In this document: positions 39,696 to 50,333 of the stretch, in pieces
How positions within the stretch are numbered: position 1 is the first letter of the stretch
Layout of the letters: every line of letters begins with the position of its first letter
Source: a bacterium
GTDB taxonomy: Bacteria; Acidobacteriota; Blastocatellia; HR10
NCBI GenBank assembly: GCA_041640655.1
Contig: JBEPZV010000014.1
Span: 1 to 54,820 of the forward strand
DNA: 54,820 nucleotides
Reading direction: 5' to 3'
Made by a program: the position numbers and the translations under genes
The notes under the pieces: model-generated
What the model was told of the DNA's origin: nothing
Database searches by the model: none
The model's input: only the letters and a program-made list of their open reading frames with translations

Positions 39696-40457
39696 TCAGA
39701 GTTTGAAGTTGAAGATGAGGACGCCCGTCACCTTGATGGGCTCCCCACTGAGTAGCGTCGGTCGGAACTTCCATTGCCAGGCCGCCTCCAGAGCCGCCTG
39801 TCGCAAGAGCGGATGTCCTTCGATCACCTGCGCCGAGATGACATTCCCCTCCTCATCGATGACGACTTCGACCTGAACCGTTCCCTGAACGCGGGCCGCG
39901 CGCGCGATGGCGGGATAGACCGGAGTGACCTTGCGGATCGCGTTCCCCTGCAGCACGCCCTGCGACACGCGCCGCGGCGGTTCTTTCTTCTCCTCCTTCG
40001 GAGGTGGAGGCGGCGGCGCTTCGACCGGACCCGCCACGCCACCTAAGACGCCCCCCACGACTCCTCCGATGACGCCACCTGGAACTCCTCCCGGCACGCC
40101 TCCCGGAACCCCGCCCATCGCGCTGGCCGAGACGGCGACGACCGGGAGATTCGGCGGAGGCAGCTCCTTCGGGATCTCCTTCGGAGCGACGAACTCCGTA
40201 GGCACCACGACAACTTTAGCCGCGGCCGGGACGGCGGCACTCGGTGGCGGTGGTGGAGGCGGTGGCGGCGGAGGCGGCGGCGCCACTAGGGCCGCCGAAA
40301 TGAACTGTTCCTTCAACTCCGGATTCACGAGCATGATGCTCGCCACGATGGCCGTCACAACGACGAAGGAGTACACGACCATCGTCGCCAGGAAGAACCA
40401 CTTCGTCTGCGACTGTTGCTTTTGCGTCGTTGACTCGATCAGAGACCATTCAAACAT
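39696..40457 (-). CDS. tonB: TonB-family energy transducer
   Basis: TM anchor, Pro13 run, GGV(P) repeats, TonB_C 'PVYPAIARAARVQGTVQVEVVIDEEG...WKFRP'. Confidence 0.92.
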   Translation of the reverse strand: MFEWSLIESTTQKQQSQTKWFFLATMVVYSFVVVTAIVASIMLVNPELKEQFISAALVAPPPPPPPPPPPPPSAAVPAAAKVVVVPTEFVAPKEIPKELPPPNLPVVAVSASAMGGVPGGVPGGVPGGVIGGVVGGVLGGVAGPVEAPPPPPPKEEKKEPPRRVSQGVLQGNAIRKVTPVYPAIARAARVQGTVQVEVVIDEEGNVISAQVIEGHPLLRQAALEAAWQWKFRPTLLSGEPIKVTGVLIFNFKL

Positions 40458-40549
40458 AGGCCCCCCCGTGCGCGTGATGCCGATGGGTCAAGGGACGGAA
40501 TGTTCCCACCTGCCCCCCGTTCTGTCTCACAGGCCAGCAACCAGCCATA

Positions 40550-40578
40550 AGTATACGGCCTCTCCCCAACGGGGTCAA
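40550..40578 (-). promoter_or_regulatory. Near-consensus sigma70 promoter for the tonB unit
   Basis: TTGACC-N17-TATACT between secF and tonB. Confidence 0.75.
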
Positions 40579-40623
40579 GACTCCCACCTGTTCTCTGGTG
40601 CGTCGCGTCAAGACCACGTACCT

Positions 40624-41916
40624 TCAGCGGGAAGCCGTCGCGCGCCGTTCTTTCCGACTCGCCGCCGCTTCGGCCACCTTCGGTCGGGCCACGGGCCGTC
40701 TCGCCTGCCGTTGGCTGCGCCATGTCTGCCACCAGAGCATGATCGGGCTCGCGATGGCGATGGACGAGTATGTGCCCACGATGATCCCCACCAGCAACGC
40801 GAGCGAGAACCCGCTGAGCACCTCGCCGCCGAAGAGATAAAGTGCCAGGACGGCCAAGAGCGTCAATCCCGACGTGAGGATCGTTCGTGAGAGGGTCTGA
40901 TTGATGCTGTCGTTGACGATCTTCACCAAGCCCTCGCGCCGCCGCAGCCGCAGGTTCTCGCGGATGCGATCGAAGACGACGATTGTGTCATTGACCGAGT
41001 AGCCGACGAGCGTCAGGAGGGCGGCCACGACGTTGAGCGAGATCTCCTTCTGCACGAGGGAGAAGATGCCGAGCGTGATCAAGACATCGTGGAAGACGGC
41101 GATGACCGCGGCCACACCGTACACCCATTCGAATCGGAAGGCGATGTAGATGAGCATGCCGACCAGCGACGCGAGCGTGACCGAGATGGCGCGTTGTCGC
41201 AGTTCCTGTCCGATCTGCGGGCCGACGATCTCAGCGCTGATCATCGCCGCATTGCCGGTGAAGAAGCGTTGCGGCAGCCACTGAAGAAGGGCCGTGGGGA
41301 CGTTCTGAACAGCGCGTAGATCCGCGAGGTCGCGCAGCAGGCCTCCCTGCTCGCGATCCCGATACTGGATGATGGCTTCCGCATATCGCGTGTATTCGAG
41401 CTCGGCCGCGGCGCGACCCGAGCCCGGGATCAGGCGCAGCGGATCCTCGGCGAGAAACACCTCCCGTAACCGATCGCGGCTGATCGTGTTCAGGTCCAGT
41501 TTGGTCGCCACTTCCGAAGGCGGATTGAACGTGTTAAGCGCGGCCAGGATCGCGCGTTTCTCCACATCGAGTTCGCTCTCGGCCGGTGATCCCGTCTTCT
41601 GTCCGATCTCTCGTTGCGGGAGGCGGATCAGGACCTCGTTCTTGATGCCACTGATCGGATCGCTGATCGGTTGGATGACGACTTTGCTCGGATCAATCCC
41701 CTGCTGAGCGAGTGCTTCGCGCAGGCGATTCTCCGGCGGCGGCGCATCTTTGAACTTCACGTTCACGAGCGTGCCACCGGCGAAATCAATGCCGAGGTTG
41801 AATCCGCGGGTGAAGGCGGAGACACCCCCGAGCAGGAGCAGGACGAGCGAGACGAGGATGAACCCCCGCTTGAGGCCCATCCAGTCCACGTTCGGGTTTT
41901 TGATCAGCTCATACAT
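40624..41916 (-). CDS. secF: Protein translocase subunit SecF with an inserted HhH-like domain
   Basis: 'GIDFAGG', 'VGPQIG', 'FHDV', 'GYSVNDTIVVFDRIRE', 'SRTILTS'; 430 aa. Confidence 0.96.
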   Translation of the reverse strand: MYELIKNPNVDWMGLKRGFILVSLVLLLLGGVSAFTRGFNLGIDFAGGTLVNVKFKDAPPPENRLREALAQQGIDPSKVVIQPISDPISGIKNEVLIRLPQREIGQKTGSPAESELDVEKRAILAALNTFNPPSEVATKLDLNTISRDRLREVFLAEDPLRLIPGSGRAAAELEYTRYAEAIIQYRDREQGGLLRDLADLRAVQNVPTALLQWLPQRFFTGNAAMISAEIVGPQIGQELRQRAISVTLASLVGMLIYIAFRFEWVYGVAAVIAVFHDVLITLGIFSLVQKEISLNVVAALLTLVGYSVNDTIVVFDRIRENLRLRRREGLVKIVNDSINQTLSRTILTSGLTLLAVLALYLFGGEVLSGFSLALLVGIIVGTYSSIAIASPIMLWWQTWRSQRQARRPVARPKVAEAAASRKERRATASR

Positions 41917-41922
41917 AGCAGT

Positions 41923-43584
<1,662 letters not shown>

Positions 43585-43621
43585 CGCCTACTCCGCGCAT
43601 GGGATCGGTCGGCTTCGAGGA

Positions 43622-43939
43622 TCATTTCGCCGTCGCCCTCTCGCTCTCCTCTGGTCGTGGCTGCTGCAGGCCGATGACCGCGTTGCGGGCGATCTCCAGA
43701 CGCGATTGGTCGGAACGGACAACCAGCGTGTCCTCGCGCAGACTGATGATCGTCCCGTAGATGCCGCCCGTCGTCACGATCTTATCGCCAACCTTGAGAT
43801 TGGCGATCAGCTCCTGCAACTTCTTCCGGCGCCGACGCTCCGGCAGGATGATGAGCAGATAGAAGATGAGAAAGATGAGGAGCAATGGGACGAGCGAGAG
43901 GAAGGCATTTCCCGCCTGCAGAAGGATTCCCGCGCTCAT
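43622..43939 (-). CDS. yajC: Preprotein translocase subunit YajC
   Basis: TM helix then 'LKVGDKIVTTGGIYGTI'; lies between tgt and secD. Confidence 0.96.
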   Translation of the reverse strand: MSAGILLQAGNAFLSLVPLLLIFLIFYLLIILPERRRRKKLQELIANLKVGDKIVTTGGIYGTIISLREDTLVVRSDQSRLEIARNAVIGLQQPRPEESERATAK

Positions 43940-43993
43940 AATCTGCCCGCTGACGGCGGCCTCTTGATGACCTCCTGTTGATGATCCTCCCGG

Positions 43994-45136
43994 TCAACTT
44001 GCAGAGCGGCCCTCTTGGTACCGGCGCAAGAACTCCTGCGCGAACTCTGCGAAGTTGCCAAGGACGATAGCTTGCCTGATCTTGCGCATGGTGTCAAGGT
44101 AGAAATGCAAGTTGTGATAGGTGCAGAGGATGGCCGAGAGGATCTCGCCGCTGGCGTAGAGGTGGCGGATATAGGCGCGGGAGTACCGACGGCAGACCCG
44201 GCACGCGCACTCCTCATCCAGCGGGCGGGGGTCGCGGGCGTAGGTGGCATTCTTGATATTGAGCGGGCCGCGCGAGGTGAAGACCTGGCCGTTGCGCGCG
44301 TTTCGCGTCGGCAGCACGCAATCGAACATGTCCACGCCTCGCCGCACGCTTTCGATGAGATCGGCGGGCGTCCCCACGCCCATCAGGTATCGCGGGTGCT
44401 GGCGCGGCATCAGCTCGGCCACGTATTCCACCATGTCGAGCATGGCCGATTTCTCCTCGCCGACGCTCAAGCCCCCGATGGCGTAGCCATCGAAGCCGAT
44501 CTCCAGAAGCTCCTCCATGCTGCGCCGGCGAAGGTCCGCGTAGAGGCTCCCCTGAATGATGCCGAACAAGGCGGCTGGCGTCAGCAAGCCCTCCGCACGA
44601 AGCTGTTCGAATCGCACTTTGCTCCGGCGTGCCCAAGCCGTCGTCAGGCGCACGGCGCGTTCGGCCTCCGCCCGTTCGGCCGGATTCCCCACGCATTCGT
44701 CCAAGACCATGAGGACGTCCGACCCCAGAGCCACCTGAATCTCAATGGCGCGTTCGGGCGTCAGCAAATGGCGCGATCCGTCCAGATGCGATTGGAAGCG
44801 TACCCCCTCCTCGTGGACCGTCCGCAGGGGGGCCAGGCTCAGGACCTGATACCCCCCGCTATCGGTGAGGATCGCTCGATCCCAGGCCATGAAGCGGTGG
44901 AGTCCACCCAGTTCTCGAATCACGTGTTCGCCGGGGCGCAGAAAGAGATGATAGGTGTTGGCCAACACGATGCGCGCGTCCAATTCTTCGAGCATCTCCT
45001 GCGTGAGCGCCTTCACCGTCGCCTGCGTCCCGACGGGCATGAAGACGGGCGTCTCCACGGGGCCGTGCGCTGTGTGCAGGATCCCGGCGCGCGCGCGCGT
45101 CGCTCGATCCTCGGCGATGAGCTGAAAGGTCACCAT
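43994..45136 (-). CDS. tgt: tRNA-guanine transglycosylase
   Basis: 'TPVFMPVGT', 'NTYHL', 'TDSGGYQ', 'GGLSVGE', 'DMFDCVLPTR', CxCxxC...H Zn site. Confidence 0.98.
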   Translation of the reverse strand: MVTFQLIAEDRATRARAGILHTAHGPVETPVFMPVGTQATVKALTQEMLEELDARIVLANTYHLFLRPGEHVIRELGGLHRFMAWDRAILTDSGGYQVLSLAPLRTVHEEGVRFQSHLDGSRHLLTPERAIEIQVALGSDVLMVLDECVGNPAERAEAERAVRLTTAWARRSKVRFEQLRAEGLLTPAALFGIIQGSLYADLRRRSMEELLEIGFDGYAIGGLSVGEEKSAMLDMVEYVAELMPRQHPRYLMGVGTPADLIESVRRGVDMFDCVLPTRNARNGQVFTSRGPLNIKNATYARDPRPLDEECACRVCRRYSRAYIRHLYASGEILSAILCTYHNLHFYLDTMRKIRQAIVLGNFAEFAQEFLRRYQEGRSAS

Positions 45137-45323
45137 CGCTCCGCCCGATTCTCGCTCTCACATCTTAGCTCCATCGGGCGGAGGGCGGTCAATGGCGCGA
45201 CGCACAAGCGGGAGAGCGAGGCGAAAGTGATCCGCCGGGCTTCGCCAGATCGCCGGTCTCGTGTAAGCTTATTCGCTCATTGAGCGGTGAGGACCGCCAG
45301 ATCTTCGACGAGAGGAGGCGGAC

Positions 45324-47795
45324 ATGACATGGCGACGCCTTTCGGCCGATGAGGTCTATCGGGCGTGCGATCCGAGCGTGTTCGAGTTCGAGACGACCGA
45401 GCATCTCCCCCCTCCGGAGGGGTTCATCGGGCAGAAGCGCGCCGTTTCGGCTCTTCGCTTCGGCTTGCGGATGAAGAGCCACGGCTACAACCTCTTCCTC
45501 GCGGGGCCACCGGGGACGGGCAAGACGAGCTTGATCCGCGCCATGTTGGAGGAGATCGCGCGGGATCGGCCCGTGCCGGGGGATATTTGTCTGGTGCATA
45601 ACTTTCGCGATCCCGATCGGCCGCGTGCCCTCTATATGCCGGCGGGGATGGGGCGGCAGTTGAAGCGCGACATGGAGGGGCTGCTGGAACAGCTCAAACG
45701 AGAGATCCCCCGCGCGCTTGAGAGCAAGGAGTATCAGGAGCAGCAGACGGGCATCATGCGCGAGTATCAGCGGCAGAGCGCCGCTCTCTTTGAGGAGTTG
45801 GAGCGGCGGGCCAGCCGCGAGGGGATTCAAGTGCGGGTCACGCCGGCCGGGATCATGACCGTGCTTCTTCACAACGGCAAGCCGCTCACGCAGGAGGAGT
45901 ACGAGGCGCTCGATGAAGCGACCAAGGAGCAGGTGCGCCGGAAGATGGAGCAGTTCAATGAGCAAGTCGCCGAGCTGCTGGATCGCGTCCGCGCCATGGA
46001 GCGCGAGGCGCGGGAGAAGACGGAGGAGTTGGAGCGCTGGACCCTCCTGTTCGTCGTGAAGCGGCTGGTGGACCATCTGCGCATGAAGTACGCCAACTAT
46101 TCGGAGATCCTCGAGTACCTGGATCAGGTGCAGGAGAACGTCCTTCAGGAGCGCGAGAAGTTTCGGCCGCGTCCACCGGTCGAGCCGCCGGGATTCCGGC
46201 TCGATGAGCGCGCGAGCTTCGTCGAGTATCAGGTGAACGTGCTCGTGGATAATTCCGCGACGCAAGGAGCGCCTGTCGTCTTCGAGCCGAATCCGACCTA
46301 CACGAACATGTTCGGCACCATCGAGCGCGAGGTGCGGCTGGGGGCGCTCGTGACGGACTTCACCAAGGTCAAAGCCGGCTCGATCCTTCGCGCCAACGGC
46401 GGATTCCTCGTCGTCGAAGCTCTGGATGTCCTGCGGTATCCCTTCGTCTGGGATTCGCTCAAGCGCGTCATCGAGACGGGAGAGGTGCGCATCGAGGACG
46501 TGGCCACGCAGTACGGGCTCGTGAGCGCGACGGGGATGCGACCCGAACCGATCAAAGTGGATGTGAAGATCGCCCTCATCGGCAGTCCGCTCCTGCACTA
46601 TCTGCTCTACGTCTACGACGAGGACTTCCGCAAGCTCTTCAAGGTGAAAGCCGACTTCGACACCCAGATGGATCGCACGTCGGAGAACCTCGCGCAGTAC
46701 GCCTATTTCATCAAATCCTGTTGCGATCGGGAGGGACTCCGGCATTTGGATCGCAGCGCCGTGGCGGCGATCGTCGAATACAGCTCTCGATTGGCGGGGG
46801 ATCAGACGAAACTCTCCACGCAGTTTGGCGAGATCTCGGACGTCGTGCGCGAGGCCAACTACTGGGCGGATCAAGAGGGAAGCCTCTACATCACCCGCGC
46901 GCATATTGAGCGCGCCATTGAGGAGAAGATCTTCCGCTCCAATCTCATCGAGGAACGCATCCTGGAGATGATCGCGCGCGGCGACATCCTGGTGGACGTT
47001 CAGGGAGCTGTGGTCGGGCAAATCAACGGGCTCGCCGTCATTCACCGGGGCGATTACGTGTTCGGAAAGCCCTCGCGCATCACCTGCCAGACGTTCGTGG
47101 GGCGCGAGGGCGTCATCAATATCGAGCGGCGCGCGCGCTTGAGTGGGAGCATCCACGACAAGGGGGTCTTCATCTTGAGCGGGTATCTGGGCGCGCGCTA
47201 CGCGCAGGATAAGCCGCTCAGTCTGGCGGCGAGTCTGGGCTTCGAGCAATCCTACGAATTGGTCGAGGGGGACAGCGCCTCGGCCGCGGAGCTGATCGCG
47301 CTGCTCTCGAGCCTCGCGGGGGTTCCCCTCAAGCAGAATCTCGCCATCACGGGCTCGATCAATCAGAAGGGGCAGATCCAGCCCATCGGCGGCGTGAACG
47401 AGAAGATCGAGGGGTTCTTCTACGTCTGCAAGGCGAAGGGGCTGACCGGCGATCAGGGCGTCATCATCCCGCATCAGAACGTGAAGAACCTCATGCTGCG
47501 TCGGGAGGTCGTCGAGGCCATTCGCGAGGGGAAGTTCCATATCTACGCCGTCGAGACGGTGGATGAAGCCCTGGAGCTGCTCACCGGCATGCCCGCGGGA
47601 GAGCGCGACGCCAGTGGCCAATTCCCCGAGGGGACCGTGAATCATCTCGTGGACAAACGCCTGCGCGAGCTGGCCCGTGAAGCGCGGAAGGCCGGGGAAG
47701 AGGAGGGAGAGGGGGAGGAGGAGGAAGATGGAGGGGCGAGCGCCCGCCATCTGCGCTCGCGCATCCGGCGGGCGCGTCGCGCGTCCAGGACCTGA
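45324..47795 (+). CDS. Lon-like S16 protease (LonC/AAA_32 type)
   Basis: 'IGQKRA', Walker A 'GPPGTGKT', coiled-coil insert, 'ANGGFL', catalytic 'EGDSAS' and 'GGVNEKIEGF'. Confidence 0.93.
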   Translation: MTWRRLSADEVYRACDPSVFEFETTEHLPPPEGFIGQKRAVSALRFGLRMKSHGYNLFLAGPPGTGKTSLIRAMLEEIARDRPVPGDICLVHNFRDPDRPRALYMPAGMGRQLKRDMEGLLEQLKREIPRALESKEYQEQQTGIMREYQRQSAALFEELERRASREGIQVRVTPAGIMTVLLHNGKPLTQEEYEALDEATKEQVRRKMEQFNEQVAELLDRVRAMEREAREKTEELERWTLLFVVKRLVDHLRMKYANYSEILEYLDQVQENVLQEREKFRPRPPVEPPGFRLDERASFVEYQVNVLVDNSATQGAPVVFEPNPTYTNMFGTIEREVRLGALVTDFTKVKAGSILRANGGFLVVEALDVLRYPFVWDSLKRVIETGEVRIEDVATQYGLVSATGMRPEPIKVDVKIALIGSPLLHYLLYVYDEDFRKLFKVKADFDTQMDRTSENLAQYAYFIKSCCDREGLRHLDRSAVAAIVEYSSRLAGDQTKLSTQFGEISDVVREANYWADQEGSLYITRAHIERAIEEKIFRSNLIEERILEMIARGDILVDVQGAVVGQINGLAVIHRGDYVFGKPSRITCQTFVGREGVINIERRARLSGSIHDKGVFILSGYLGARYAQDKPLSLAASLGFEQSYELVEGDSASAAELIALLSSLAGVPLKQNLAITGSINQKGQIQPIGGVNEKIEGFFYVCKAKGLTGDQGVIIPHQNVKNLMLRREVVEAIREGKFHIYAVETVDEALELLTGMPAGERDASGQFPEGTVNHLVDKRLRELAREARKAGEEEGEGEEEEDGGASARHLRSRIRRARRASRT

Positions 47796-47823
47796 GCTCA
47801 CGCACGGGGGGAAGAGGGGCATC

Positions 47824-49011
47824 ATGGAACGGATGGAGGCGAAGAAGCGAACGTCGTTCAAAACGGATCGGTTCACCGAGTCGGTGATTCGCGAGATGAC
47901 GCGCCTGGCCATGGAGTATGACGCGATCAATCTCGCTCAGGGCTTCCCCGACTTCCCAGCTCCAGAGGAGATCAAGCGCGCCGCGATCGAGGCCATTCGC
48001 GCGGACATCAATCAGTACGCCATCACGTGGGGAGCGCGCGCGCTGCGCGAGGCCATCGCCGAGAAGGTGCGGTGGTATCTCGGCCTGGACGTGGATCCGG
48101 AGACGGAGATCACCATCACCTGCGGTTCGACCGAGGCCATGATCGCCAGCATGATGGCGGTCGTCAATCCCGGCGATGAGGTCATCATCTTCGAGCCATT
48201 CTACGAGAACTACGGCCCCGATGCGATCCTCGCCGATGCGCGCCCCCGATATGTCCCCCTCTACCCCCCCGATTGGCAGTTCGATCCGGATGAGCTGCGC
48301 GCGGCCTTCACGGCGCGGACCAAAGCGATCGTCATCAATACACCGAATAATCCGACGGGCAAGGTCTTCACGCGAGAGGAGCTGCAGGTGATCGCCGCGC
48401 TCTGCCAGGAGTGGGACGTCATCGCCATCACCGATGAGATCTACGAGCACATCCTCTACGACGGGGCCGAGCATATCGCCATCGCGACACTCCCCGGAAT
48501 GCGCGAGCGGACGATCACGATCAACGGGCTCTCGAAGACCTACAGTGTGACCGGCTGGCGCATCGGATACGCCATCGCGCCGCCGGAGATCACCTCGGCG
48601 ATCCGCAAGGTTCACGACTTCCTCACCGTGGGGGCGGCTGCGCCGCTTCAAGAAGCCGGGGCCGTCGCCTTGCGCCTCCCCCGCTCCTATTACGAGCGGC
48701 TCGCTGCCGAGTACGCGGCACGGCGCGACCGGCTCCTTCGCGCTCTGGAGGCCGCGGGCTTCGGCGTCTACAAACCGCGCGGGGCCTATTACATCATGAC
48801 CGACATCAGCCGATTCGGATTCGCCAGCGACGTGGAGTTCGCCCACTATCTGGTGCGCGAGGTCGGCGTCGCCGTCGTCCCCGGCAGCAGCTTCTACGAA
48901 CATCCGGAGAGAGGTCGGCAGCAGGTGCGGTTCTGTTTCTGCAAGAAGGACGAGACGCTGGAGGCCGCCGCTCAGCGTCTGCTCCGCCTGCGGGAGCGGT
49001 GGAGAGGGTGA
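47824..49011 (+). CDS. PLP-dependent class I/II aminotransferase (YbdL-like)
   Basis: 'INLAQGFPDF', 'NTPNNPTG', 'DEIYEH', 'SKTYSVTGWRIG'. Confidence 0.95.
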   Translation: MERMEAKKRTSFKTDRFTESVIREMTRLAMEYDAINLAQGFPDFPAPEEIKRAAIEAIRADINQYAITWGARALREAIAEKVRWYLGLDVDPETEITITCGSTEAMIASMMAVVNPGDEVIIFEPFYENYGPDAILADARPRYVPLYPPDWQFDPDELRAAFTARTKAIVINTPNNPTGKVFTREELQVIAALCQEWDVIAITDEIYEHILYDGAEHIAIATLPGMRERTITINGLSKTYSVTGWRIGYAIAPPEITSAIRKVHDFLTVGAAAPLQEAGAVALRLPRSYYERLAAEYAARRDRLLRALEAAGFGVYKPRGAYYIMTDISRFGFASDVEFAHYLVREVGVAVVPGSSFYEHPERGRQQVRFCFCKKDETLEAAAQRLLRLRERWRG

Positions 49012-49023
49012 CATCCCCCCCTA

Positions 49024-49146
49024 ATCGCCTGCGGGCGATCCGGCGCAGCCGACTCTTTTGAAGCGATCGGCCCTGAGCCCTTTGCCCGGCCCTACCTGGT
49101 CAGAGCTGCTCCCACAGGGGATAGCACCGAAGTCAAAAGAGGTCGC
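49024..49146. other. Structured intergenic element between convergent genes
   Basis: Inverted repeat CGACTCTTTTGA...TCAAAAGAGGTCG enclosing two internal hairpins, plus a flanking hairpin ATCGCC/GGCGAT; class unknown. Confidence 0.5.
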
Positions 49147-49163
49147 AGGAGCGCCTGCTCCGC

Positions 49164-50333
49164 CTATGCGGGCGCATCCCAGGAGCCCATCCGTTCGCCG
49201 AAGATTCCGCGAAGGATGAGACGTTGAAGGCGCGCGCGTTCGGGAAGCCATCGGAGCACCCAATCGTTCACCTCCCCGATAGCGAAGCGAAGTCCTGCGG
49301 CCGCGCGCCATCGTCGGGCGAATCGCCGTCGAAAGGCCTGGTTGTATCGTGAGGCGAGCCTTGTCAGATCACCCTCTCGAAAGGTCGCCTCCACAAGCTC
49401 GGCCGCCAGCAGTCCGCTCTCCAAAGCCATAGAGATCCCCTGTCCCATGAACGGATCCACCTGCGCGGCAGCATCGCCGATGGCCAGATGATCGCGGGGA
49501 AGAGCGCGGGGACCGAAGTCCAGCGGTCCACATCCTCGAAGCGGACCTTCCGGTCGCGCGCCGCGCAGTCTCTCTCTCGCCACCGGATTCTGTCGGAGCG
49601 TCAGCGTCAGGAGGCGTTCAACATGGTTCCCGGCGCGGCGCATCACCTCGCGCGTCGTGAGGGCACAGAGGTTGTAGAGGCCATTCTCGATCCGCACCAG
49701 GCCTCCGTATCCGGAGGGGTAGAAGTACAGCTCGACAGCATCGTCCAGGCCTTCCACTCCCGACACGTGCAGTTGGAAGGCGAAGAGTCGCGAGCGCCCT
49801 TCTCCGATCGAACAGGGGGATCGCGCGCTCAGCGCGCGCGCGCTTCCGCTGGCATCTATGATGATGGGAGCACAGAGGGCGGCGCATTGTCCCGAGGGCC
49901 GCACGCGCGCGGTCACGCCGATGGTTCGTCCCCGCCGCGAGATCGAATCGGTGACGAAGACGCCTTCGAGGACATCGGCGCCCAGCGCGCGCGCATGTTC
50001 GAGCAGGAGCTGATCGAGCGCCGCGCGACTGATTCCCAGACCGAATCCTCGGCCTCCGGGAAATCGGTTCAGAGGGACACGGTAGCGCGAACCGCGCGCG
50101 GAGACGAAAACAGCCTCTCGCACGGGGCGGGCTCCGGCGCGGAGCGCGGTCTCCAGAAGGCCTTGTCGTTCGAGCAGAGCGACGCCGCTTGGCGCGAGGA
50201 ATTCGCCACAGAGTTTCGCGCGGGGGAACGTCGCGCGGTCAAGTACGCCTACGCGATAGCCGCGCCGGGCCAGCTCCGCCGCTGCTGTCGAGCCCGCCGG
50301 CCCCCCGCCGATGATGAGGACGTCCCAGATCAT
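49164..50333 (-). CDS. FAD-dependent oxidoreductase (geranylgeranyl reductase/FixC-like)
   Basis: 'DVLIIGGGPAGS', 'FPRAKLCGEFL', 'IIDASG', 'IGDAAAQVDPFMGQGISMAL'; ATGA-coupled. Confidence 0.9.
   Translation of the reverse strand: MIWDVLIIGGGPAGSTAAAELARRGYRVGVLDRATFPRAKLCGEFLAPSGVALLERQGLLETALRAGARPVREAVFVSARGSRYRVPLNRFPGGRGFGLGISRAALDQLLLEHARALGADVLEGVFVTDSISRRGRTIGVTARVRPSGQCAALCAPIIIDASGSARALSARSPCSIGEGRSRLFAFQLHVSGVEGLDDAVELYFYPSGYGGLVRIENGLYNLCALTTREVMRRAGNHVERLLTLTLRQNPVARERLRGARPEGPLRGCGPLDFGPRALPRDHLAIGDAAAQVDPFMGQGISMALESGLLAAELVEATFREGDLTRLASRYNQAFRRRFARRWRAAAGLRFAIGEVNDWVLRWLPERARLQRLILRGIFGERMGSWDAPA

Noticed and set aside
45189..47930. 913-aa antisense ORF, and similar long shadow ORFs (34574-37213, 41614-43677, 13056-15113, 10172-11947, 24198-25901, 38088-39755)
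   Set aside because: They lie opposite well-supported genes, show no recognisable motifs, and are expected from high-GC codon bias.
49040..49165. SAM-I riboswitch, SRP RNA or 6S RNA identity for the element
   Set aside because: Only fragments match (GCGACC...GGTGCTA). The SAM-I 5' core and the SRP GGAA/AGCAG apex are absent, it is short for 6S, and it is not in a 5' leader.
49021..49311. 96-aa minus-strand ORF over the structured intergenic element
   Set aside because: Overlaps the oxidoreductase 3' end in another frame and has no coding-like features.
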